DNA of 63,701 nt, counting the filler, from Welwitschia mirabilis (taxonomy: Eukaryota): the NCBI GenBank assembly GCA_051453625.1. It is 5 parts of one record of this genome, joined end to end, with 100 filler letters (N's around TTAATTAATTAA, not from the genome) between each part and the next. Parts side by side here need not be neighbours in the genome. Positions count along the whole stretch, not along the records: positions 31,637 to 58,629 come from JBOZIK010000001.1; positions 58,730 to 61,713 come from JBOZIK010000001.1; positions 61,814 to 63,701 come from JBOZIK010000001.1; 2 more parts are not named here. One strand, 5' to 3'. Positions 53,546-63,701 of the stretch are shown piece after piece. A program made the position numbers and the translations under genes. The first letter of the stretch is position 1. Every line of letters begins with the position of its first letter. Below the pieces are notes generated by a model. It saw nothing but the letters and a program-made list of their open reading frames with translations. It was not told where the DNA came from and did no database searches.

Positions 53546-54722
53546 TCAGTCTGATTCCTTTGCTTTCTTCTCTTCTAATTCTTCTTTAGAATATTCTTCT
53601 TCTTCCTTTTTCTCTTCTTCAACTACCTTTTACACTAAGCTTTTAGTTTCCTCTAAAGTATTAGTAATCTCATACCCAGATGCAATTAGATCTTCTTTCA
53701 TGTGCCTAGTCTGATAGTCAATCCACCTAGGTATGAAATAGTCTCTTATAGTAATGCTTACTTGGGAGAAGAATATTTAGAGGGATTATTTAATCCAACA
53801 AAGATATGCATGTGATATAACCTCAAATACCTAATAAATAACATGGAATTAAGGTATTTAAGCTTTGGATAAAATTTAACTCTATAATAATAGCAAAGAT
53901 TTACAATCAGTACAAAATAGGATAGAGTCCTAGTTATATGATACTCCAACTAAGAAACCATATTCTTTAGTATAANNNNNNNNNNNNNNNNNNNNNNNNN
54001 NNNNNNNNNNNNNNNNNNNNNNNNNNNNNNNNNNNNNNNNNNNNNNNNNNNNNNNNNNNNNNNNNNNNNNNNNNNCTATAATAATAGCAAAGATTTGCAA
54101 TCAGTACAAAATAGGATAGAGTCCTAGTTCTGTGATACTCCAACTAGGAAACCATATTCTTCAGTATAATGGAAGAGGCATCAATGGAATTCTTAGTTTC
54201 TACCAAGTACATTAAATAAGGCCTATAGTTAAAGGCCTCATCATGATAATCCACCAAAGGCAAGACATTATAGGTAAAAACTAAATGAAGAAACTTGTAC
54301 TTTGGGATAAGAAAAGAAGTAGAAATAGTATGCTTTCCAATATGAAACTTATCATAAATATTTCTTATAAACTCTTATTTATCTTCCATTAAGTCAGAAA
54401 GAGGGCAAAACTCCTCATATTCTCCTCTTGAAAGATTTTTAATAGCTACAATATAGTTTGTGGTAACCTTGATCTTCTTCCCCAAAACTAGGGTTTCTAG
54501 GGTACCACTTTTAAGATTGAAAGAAGCATTATAATAAAACATCTTGGTAAGAAAAGAATAATAAGGATCTAAAACATCAAAAAAATAAAAGAGATCTAAA
54601 TCTCATAAGAGTTGGATCACATTTATAATCTCTCTTAGCTCTGAAGTTATAATAGACGTTTCTTAGCAAGCTGCTTTCTTCTCAAACTTTTCCTAGAACT
54701 TGTTTAAAGCTTCATCAAACAT
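53546..54722 (-). pseudogene. Extra 3' ORF of SIRE element 2
   Basis: MFDEALNKF*EKFEKK...KMFYYNASF...EYEEFCPL...YNVLPLVDYHDEAF...LEYH..RTLSY, plus an acidic tail; homologous to 36867-38811. Confidence 0.8.
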
Positions 54723-55149
54723 GCCCTGGTAGAAAAACATGATAATATATAGTAGAATCCTCCTTTGCTATTCTCCTAAATGTTCCCTTAGCCATTACAA
54801 CCACTTGAAAGGAGCTTAAAAATAATAAAAATTTGGGACAAACACTAGATCTAAAGGAGATAAGTGACTAGAAAATAATGAAAAGGGTTTAGGCTCCACT
54901 TAATTTTAAAAAGAAGGTAAATTAGGTTGGTTTTGATAAAGAAATTAAATACACTAATGAATATTCTACACTATAACTCTATAGGTCTAATCAACTAGTT
55001 TAAGTTCTGATAGACTCATTAAGACATGGGTCATAGTACTATTAGGGTCCAGGCAACCACAATTTTAAGCTAGTCAATAGATTACCTCTAGTTGACCAAA
55101 TCATAAATTCAATCAATCACCTTATAATAAGCCAAAGAATAAGGAGATA

Positions 55150-57400
55150 ATCTCTAGTTTTTTCTAAACATAAAGAAAATTACCAAAATTTAGTGGTTTG
55201 GTAAAGATATGTGCAAATTGACAATCTATACTAATAAAATTTATAGTAATGTTTTCCTTTTCAACTTGATTTCTTAAAAATAACATCTTAGTTTAATGTG
55301 TTGAGTTCTAAAGTGCTAAATAGGATTTTTAGAAATATTTATTACACTAGTATTATTACAAAAAATATAAAAATGTTTAANNNNNNNNNNNNNNNNNNNN
55401 NNNNNNNNNNNNNNNNNNNNNNNNNNNNNNNNNNNNNNNNNNNNNNNNNNNNNNNNNNNNNNNNNNNNNNNNNNNNNNNNNNNNNNNNNNNNNNNNNNNN
55501 AAGAAATTAAATACACTAATGAATATTCTACACTATAACTCTATAGGTCTAATCAACTAGTTTAAGTTCCGATAGACTCATTAATACATGAATCATAGTA
55601 CTATTAGGGTCCAGGCAATCATAATTTTAAGCTAGTCAATAGATTACCTCTAGTTGATCAAATCATAAATTCAATCAATAACCTTATAATCAGCCAAAGA
55701 ATAAGGAGATAATCTCTAGTTTGTTCTAAACATAAAGAAAATTACCAAAATTTAGTGGTTTGGTAAAGATATGTACAAATTGACGATCTATACCAATAAA
55801 ATTCATAGTAATGTTTTCCTTTTCAACTTGATTTCTTAAAAATAACGTCTTAGTTTAATGTGTTGAGTTCCAAAGTGCTAAATAGGATTTTTAGAAATAT
55901 TTATTATACTAGTATTATTACAAAAATTAAGAACCTCTTCAAGACTTATACTAAAGTCCTTTTACATTTCCTTCATCTAAAGGAGATGAGCATAATAACT
56001 TTCTATTATAATATACTTGGCTTCTGCTATTGAAAGGAAGATTAAATTTTGCTTTATAATTATCAATCCCACTAAGCATGATCCTGATAGAAAACATTTA
56101 CCACTTATGCTCTTTCTATCATCTTTACATCTAGCCCAATCTACATCATTGAATTCTACAAGTTCAAAAAATATCTCAGTTGCATATCACAGATTATAAT
56201 CACATTTATCTTTTATATATCTAATTATTTTTTTAACTACTTGTAAGTATGATTTTTTAATCTAAGTTTGGTATCTTGCACACACATCAATACTAAACAT
56301 AATATTAGGTCTACCTATAGTCAAATATAACAAACTTCTAATCATACTCCTATAAAGCTTCTGATCTACTAACTTTCCATCTTCATTTAAACTGACCTCA
56401 CAAGATGTTGACATGAGAGTGTTAGTTGTTTTAGCATTGTACAATCTAAAATATTTGATTAAATCCTTTACATATTTATATTAAGAGATAAAAATTCCAT
56501 TATTTATTTGCTTAATCTATAATCTAAGAAACATTTTCACTTTACTAAGCATGCTCATCTCAAAATGTATTGTTATAATATTTGCAAATTTCTTCGATAA
56601 GCCTTTCATTAGAAGCATCAAATATGATATCATTTACATAAATTTTTATAATGATAAAATCCTTTTAAAGTTCTTAACAAATAAATTCTTATCTATTATT
56701 CCATGAATATAACCATTATTATTTACAAATGTGGCTAACTTTTTGTACCAAGTTCTTGGATCTTGCTTCAATCTATAAAAAGCTTTATTAAGTCTATAAA
56801 CATAATTAGATTTATAAGGATCTATAAGCCCTTGTGATTTCTCTACATAAACTTATTCATTAAAGGTTCCATTTACAAATGCATGTTTTACATCTATTTG
56901 ATATAGTTTGATATTCTTAAAGGATGTAAATGATCAAAACGTTCTAATGCTATCAAGCCTTGCCATCTGAGCAAACATGTTACCTACATCAATGCTTTTG
57001 ATTTGGTTATAGCTTTGTGCTACTAATCTTGATTTTCTTTTGATGATATTATTTTATTCATCACATCTATTCTTAAAGATCCACTTAGTTCCAATTACAG
57101 GTTTTTCTTTTGGCCTTTCTACAAGCTTCCAAACATCATTTCTTATAAATTGTTGTAATTCATCTTACATGGCCATCATCCATTCTTCATGGGATTCAGC
57201 TTCTTCAAATTTCTTAGGTTCTATTTATGAAACGTAATAAATATGGACATAGAAATTCTTCATAGAGTTCTTTGTCTTTATCTTTGAGCTAACGTCTCTA
57301 ATAATAGATCCTAAAGAGTGATCTTTTTGATCTTTGGACTTTTGAGTTATGAATTCTTTTGTAGGAACTTCTTCTTTATAGTTGTAGGGTTGCTTAGAGC
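55150..57400 (-). pseudogene. Copia RT-RNase H pseudogene
   Basis: ORF 56262-56444; EPKKFEEA...W ~57180-57222 and EMSML at ~56550. Confidence 0.92.
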
Positions 57401-57409
57401 TATGTCTTT

Positions 57410-58629
57410 CTTATTATTTGAGCAAATATCCTTGTGCCAACATCAATCCTTTGTATATTTATATTAAAAGATAAAAATTCCATTCTTTATTTGCTTAATA
57501 TGTAATCTAAGAAATATTTTCACTTTACCAAGCATGCTCATCTCAAAATTTGTTATCATAATATTTATATATTTCTTTAATAAACCTTCATTATAAGCAC
57601 CAAATATAATTATCATTTAAATAAATTTATATTATGATAAAATCCCTTTTCAAGTTCTTAACGAATAAAGTCTTATTTACTGTTCCACGGATATAACCAC
57701 TATCATTTATAAATGTGGCCAAATTTTTATGCTAAGCTTTTGGAGCTTACTTTAACTCATACAAAGCTTTCTTAAGTTTATAAACATGATTAGATTTATA
57801 AGGATCTACAAGCCCTTGTAATTGTTTTACATAAAATTCTTCATTGAAGGTTTAATTTAAAAATGCACTTTTTGCATTCATTTGATACACTTTGATATTC
57901 TTAAAATCTGTAAATGATCAAAAACATTCTAATGCTATCAAGCCTTGCCACTGAAGAAAATGTGTTATCTATATTAACGCTTTCGATCTGNNNNNNNNNN
58001 NNNNNNNNNNNNNNNNNNNNNNNNNNNNNNNNNNNNNNNNNNNNNNNNNNNNNNNNNNNNNNNNNNNNNNNNNNNNNNNNNNNNNNNNNNNNNNNNNNNN
58101 NNNNNNNNNNNNNNNNNNNNNNNNNNNNNNNNNNNNNNNNNNNNNNNNNNNNNNNNNNNNNNNNNNNNNNNNNNNNNNNNNNNNNNNNNNNNNNNNNNNN
58201 NNNNNNNNNNNNNNNNNNNNNNNNNNNNNNNNNNNNNNNNNNNNNNNNNNNNNNNNNNNNNNNNNNNNNNNNNNNNNNNNNNNNNNNNNNNNNNNNNNNN
58301 NNNNNNNNNNNNNNNNNNNNNNNNNNNNNNNNNNNNNNNNNNNNNNNNNNNNNNNNNNNNNNNNNNNNNNNNNNNNNNNNNNNNNNNNNNNNNNNTGCCA
58401 CTGAAGCAAATGTATTATCTATATTAACGCTTTCGATTTGGTTATAGCCTTGTGCTACTAATCTTACTTTTTCTTTTGATGATATTATCTTATTCATCAC
58501 ATCTGTTCTTAAAGATCTACTTAGTCCTAATGATATTTTTGTCTTTTGGCCTTTCTACAAGCTTCCAAACATCTTTTCTTTTAAATTATTATAATTCATC
58601 TTACATGGCATCATTCATTCTTCATGGGA
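57410..58629 (-). pseudogene. Second, diverged copy of the copia RT segment
   Basis: Colinear with ~56430-57195; ORF 57901-58500 contains KVRLVAQGYNQIES. Confidence 0.88.
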
Positions 58630-58729
58630 NNNNNNNNNNNNNNNNNNNNNNNNNNNNNNNNNNNNNNNNNNNNTTAATTAATTAANNNNNNNNNNNNNNN
58701 NNNNNNNNNNNNNNNNNNNNNNNNNNNNN

Positions 58730-61713
58730 AGCACCTCAATGGAAGAGACTTAGCCCAACACTAGGGAGACTTCTTTTTATAGCTCTGGATGGATCTCTCA
58801 TCCTTTAATCCTTCATCACAAGTATTAGGTACAAAATATGATTTGGAAGTGAAGGAGGAAAAGGGTATTTATAGTTTTGCATTGAGGTTTTAGAAACCAA
58901 ACCCTAAAGGCAAAAAATAAAAACCTAACAACCCACATGAGTTACTTGACCTCATTTAAAAAGATATTTCTTTCCAAACATGCAAAAATAGATGTTATCC
59001 CACCTGTCATTAGGATGAAATAGGGGACATCACCATGTTTCACATGTCAGGATGCCCCATTGTCAGTTATTAGCCCTGTAGCTTCTGTCCATGTTAGTAG
59101 TGTCATTATCTTTCCTGTCATGGGAATGACATAGGGGATAACTCCATGTGTCACATGTTTCCACGTGCTCCATGTGCTGCTGTTAGCCCTGTATCTTGTG
59201 TCCATATTAGTAGTGTCATCATCCTGTATGTCATGGGAATAACATAAAAGGTGACACCTTCATAGAATCATTGGCTCCATTCTCTAGTATATTCAAGATG
59301 TATTGCTATCATGATAAGTAGCAGTGCTATCATCCCCTATGTCATGTGGAGGATAGTGGGGATGATACCTCTCCCAAGCTCATTAAGTAAAGTAAATCAT
59401 CCTTCTTTATCATTAGTCTTTCTTCAATATTCTAAGTATCAAAACATGCCTGAAATGCCTCTAATTATGCTAATAATTATGTGTTTTTATGATTATCCTA
59501 TCATATTCCCATAATCAGTAGAATTGCATTTAAACATATATAAATGTCTTACAAAAGTACTCCAAATACACCATCAATTTCTTAAAAATTATCATCACAA
59601 CATAGCCTCCTACTTAGCCTTGTCAGTCCCTAACAAAGTGAGCAATTAACTATACTGCAAGCTAATTTGACTAAGATAATAATCAACTACAGAAAGGGAA
59701 TTTAAGTTCTAATTTATCATGCAGGAATAGATGATAACAATTTATTAACTAATACAATTACTATTGTAGTCATAAGTCCCCTACTTAAACACATCAAAAT
59801 AGACTAAATAAATGTCATACACATAAATAAATCATAGAATGTAACAATGATAGTTCAAAAAAATGATAATGTATATGCATACATTGAAAGTAATGCTGAA
59901 ATTGATGTGTAAAGCTTAAGTAGTAATAATCTCAAAAAGTAATGCATAAAAAGTTCATTAATGTTTTCTACAAGGACAAATTACAATAGTAATCATGACA
60001 TTCTTTTTCCTTTAGATGATCTAAAACATAACTCTTAAAAAATTAGTAAGTGTGCTTCCTTTGCTCCTACAAAATAAATTTCATGAAATGTATTTAGGTA
60101 ACAATGAAATCTTATCCAAACAACTCATTATAAATACGTATCATGAAAGTTCAAAATGATTCTTTTAAATTTAAAAAATAAATTTATTCTTAATATCTCA
60201 GGAGAAAGCTCAAAGAGCTATTCTACCCTTCATAAGAAAAGCAAGATGTCTCGGATTGCATAAAGTAAAGAAAGATGATTGTTGTACTGTATATTATGAG
60301 GATAATAAACATGAGATGATAGTGCTCAAATGAGATGTTTGGACATATTAGGAAAAATCCAAAAAAAAGTCTAATAGCAAGCAAGTAGTGAAATAGTAGC
60401 AGAAAAACAACAAGAAGGTAAAAGTGAATAATTTATCATAAAAGGCATGGTCATGAAAAAAGAGACTGATGAGAACAGAATAATGCATTAAGTAAAAGAA
60501 GCAATTCTCAGAAGTACTCAAATGTATTCCTAACTCAATGAGGATTTAAGATCTATAAGTGGATGTATGCGAAACCAAAAACCAAACAGAAAAACGTTAG
60601 CATAAAAAATAGGAACACATCAATCAAAGTGAAAGAAATGCATCAATTGAAAGTGCTGAAAAGAAAAATAACCCTTATAAAGAAAACCTGTGAGTGAAAA
60701 TAAAAAGATAAGTAGAGAATCACCAAATGATTAGGTCCTAATTAAAATGTGAAAAAATATACTATAATGACTTTAAAAATCCTAAACAAAACAACTAAGA
60801 AAACATACTGAAAATGGACAACTAGGAACATGAAGAAGATTGCTTACCTATCCAAAATTCCACCCTAGCAAAGTTCCTTGGAAGAGATCATAAAATCATC
60901 TGATAAAAATGCATGACATAATGTGAAACTTCATAAAGATCCACTCAAATAGGCAATGATTATAATGATGTCAAGTACATCTAATGTTATCAAACAATGA
61001 ATGATAAGGTAAAAAGCTGTTAAAATAGGAACTTACAAGCTCTTATCTTAAAACAACACCAAAATCTAAAGAAGTAAAGTGATCATATGAACATACTATG
61101 AATAAGTAAATAAAATGAGTTTAAACAACAAGCAATGCCTCTGATAACGCTAGGAACATCACTGATCTTGCAGCATCTAATTGAAATTTTATTCTACCAT
61201 GATGAGAGGAGTGCAACCACTATCAGAGGAGTAAGGACCCATATGGCATGGCAAACTGACCCCTCAGTGGAGTTTCTGTAGCTATCATATTACATTACTA
61301 AAGGCCCCTCTTAGGAATATTTACCATGGTGCCCTTATGGTAGGACATCATGAGGGCCATGTTATATAACATGAAAGAGCATAACCTATATTTCATTTCT
61401 TGCTTTTTTCCCCATAAATTCCACATGACCAAATTCTCATAAGGATAAAAGTAAAATGAGAAAATAAATAAGATGCTAGAATAATTAATTACTCACACTA
61501 TTAAAAGAAAACAAAAGAACCAAAACGTCTTTCTTCAAAATGAAGTTCATAGACATATGAATGTCTGAAGATGGGGTAAAGCTAATCTTATCATTTAAAA
61601 TGCCCAAGTAAAATATTTACTAATCATGATAACTTTAGAAAGTAAAACATTAGTTAAGTTAAAGATGTTCAAGTAATAGCATGCCATTTACCAAACCAAT
61701 CCTCTAAAGAAGA
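58730..61713 (-). mobile_element. Second Athila-like element: 3' LTR part (to 59602), PPT and 3' non-coding region
   Basis: caaca|tagcctcctacttagccttgtcagtccct matches 31437-31470; 60860-61290 matches 34745-34960 joined to 44546-44745. Confidence 0.8.
58990..59372. repeat. Degenerate ~112-bp tandem repeat (~3.4 copies) inside LTR
   Basis: gtagtgtcat..tgtcatgggaat.acata recurs at ~59097, 59210 and 59321, with a partial copy at ~58990. Confidence 0.8.
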
Positions 61714-63701
61714 NNNNNNNNNNNNNNNNNNNNNNNNNNNNNNNNNNNNNNNNNNNNTTAATTAATTAANNNNNNNNNNNNNNNNNNNNNNNNNNNNNNN
61801 NNNNNNNNNNNNNGTTTTTCATTCCACATTTTTTGATTTTGTCATTCTATTTATCATCTAGATGACACAAGTAGATGATAGTCTAGGATTAGGGTTTTTC
61901 TAAGTTTATGTCTATAGATTTTATTTTCCACTGCAGAATAAACTAGTTGACATTCAGATAACACAGGCAAATGATTATCAATTTTTATTTTAGTTTTGTT
62001 TTTCCCTTAATTTTCTATTTTTTATTTTTTATTTTTTGTGTGTAGTCATCTAAGTAATTATCAATATATAATAGAGATGACATATGTAGAAATAATATTG
62101 AGCATGTAGAGACATGGTACACTCAAGTGAAAGTATCAGAGGGAATGAAGCCTGATCGGGAAAAATATCGGAGAAGGTCTAGTCGACTTTGAGCTTAATC
62201 CAAGTACGCACATCCACGGTACGTAAATAATTCAAGAAATTAAACAAGAGACTTTTCATCTTTTATTATTTCAGAATCTGATTTTTCAAAGGAAAGTAAT
62301 AATATAGAAGCAAATCATTTTTCTTCATCTATTTTAAATTCAATGTAAAAAGAAAAACAAGTAGCATCATATAACACCCCAATTATAATAGGAACGTCTA
62401 ACATATACCCTAATGCAAATAAAGTTTTTGCTCATGAATTTAATTACTAGTAGAAAATGTGAAATTTAAAACCCTTTTAACTTACCTCCTGATGATGATA
62501 TCGAATTAAAAGACNNNNNNNNNNNNNNNNNNNNNNNNNNNNNNNNNNNNNNNNNNNNNNNNNNNNNNNNNNNNNNNNNNNNNNNNNNNNNNNNNNNNNN
62601 NNNNNNNNNNNNNNNNNNNNNNNNNNNNNNNNNNNNNNNNNNNNNNNNNNNNNNNNNNNNNNNNNNNNNNNNNNNNNNNNNNNNNNNNNNNNNNNNNNNN
62701 NNNNNNNNNNNNNNNNNNNNNNNNNNNNNNNNNNNNNNNNNNNNNNNNNNNNNNNNNNNNNNNNNNNNNNNNNNNNNNNNNNNNNNNNNNNNNNNNNNNN
62801 NNNNNNNNNNNNNNNNNNNNNNNNNNNNNNNNNNNNNNNNNNNNNNNNNNNNNNNNNNNNNNNNNNNNNNNNNNNNNNNNNNNNNNNNNNNNNNNNNNNN
62901 NNNNNNNNNNNNNNNNNNNNNNNNNNNNNNNNNNNNNNNNNNNNNNNNNNNNNNNNNNNNNNNNNNNNNNNNNNNNNNNNNNNNNNNNNNNNNNNNNNNN
63001 NNNNNNNNNNNNNNNNNNNNNNNNNNNNNNNNNNNNNNNNNNNNNNNNNNNNNNNNNNNNNNNNNNNNNNNNNNNNNNNNNNNNNNNNNNNNNNNNNNNN
63101 CATCGAAAAAAGAAAAAAAGAAGTCATAAACCTTTAACAACAACCTAATGAGGATTATGCCACACTATATAAACAATTTATTATAGCTCCACATTCCTCT
63201 CTTATTAAAAAATTCTCTAAATAATAATTAATAGATTATTTTTATAATGCATTGAATAGGAAAACTAAACAACTTGTACATTTCTCGTGTTAAGAAATTT
63301 GATGCATTTAGACTTAGAAAATGCATGGATGTTGTTCAAATATCTTGTTGAAATAAGTTAATCTTGTTCTAAACCAACTTTTAAGAAAATTGAACTCTAG
63401 ATCAAATGGTAAAGGACTTAAAAGAAGTAAAACATGACAAGGAGGAAGTTCAAGGTAATTCAACAAATGTAATTAAGGATTTTACTACTTTTTTAGAGAA
63501 ATACACTCAAATTTTTAAATGCAAAAGTAGCAAATACGAAAAATGTAACATTAGCATGTGATATATGTGAAGATAACTCTTGAACCTTGCCATTCACTAA
63601 ATCTATTTTTAATTACTTTATCAAACTCATAAACCATTCATCCAAAGCATCAACCCATGCATTTTTTAGACTCCCTAGTCTATGTTAAAAGCCCTTAAAA
63701 T

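Larger units (their letters stand above)
51648..58629 (-). mobile_element. SIRE-like Ty1/copia element 2 (3' half: RT, RNase H, extra ORF, PPTs, 3' LTR)
   Basis: LTR 51648-53046 (agggaggtgaatagg motif; ends ttaaca). PPTs at ~53048, 53109 and 53468. RT motifs RLVAQGYNQ and LYRSMIRSLLYLT..RPNIMF..CARYQ; RH IFTKPL at ~55195/55760. Cut by a spacer. Confidence 0.9.

Noticed and set aside
58730..59602. Candidate continuation of the interrupted Athila 5' LTR
   Set aside because: It is followed by a PPT and 3' internal sequence, matches 30356-31441 only near the terminus, and lies beyond a scaffold spacer, so I treat it as a separate element.

Overview
This is an AT-rich, strongly CpG-depleted stretch of a draft plant nuclear assembly, made almost entirely of decayed, nested retrotransposons. 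I found no intact host gene, RNA gene or prokaryotic-type system. From left to right: (1) a ~6 kb composite unit [Tekay/Del-like LTR + Ty1/copia RT-RNaseH-3'LTR fragment + ~2.3 kb unexplained DNA] present twice (1206-7476, 9709-15480), with a third partial LTR and a 5'-truncated LINE between the copies; (2) an Athila-type pol fragment (+); (3) a Tekay/Del Ty3/gypsy element (-) with PBS-Met; (4) a SIRE-like copia gag-protease (+); (5) a large Athila-type element (-, ~30356-51647) carrying two nested SIRE/Sirevirus-like copia elements; (6) the 3' part of a second Athila-like element. The best-supported unusual feature is the SIRE element at 34964-44545. It has both LTRs, a near-perfect TSD, PBS and multiple PPTs, has lost integrase/RT/RNaseH within gap-free sequence, and keeps gag, protease and a ~325-aa extra 3' ORF. 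A relative that still has RT/RNaseH and the same extra ORF lies at 51648-58629. Many gap-flanking duplications and the N44-TTAATTAATTAA-N44 spacers are probably assembly features. Lineage names come from motif recognition by eye, not database searches, and most boundaries are approximate.
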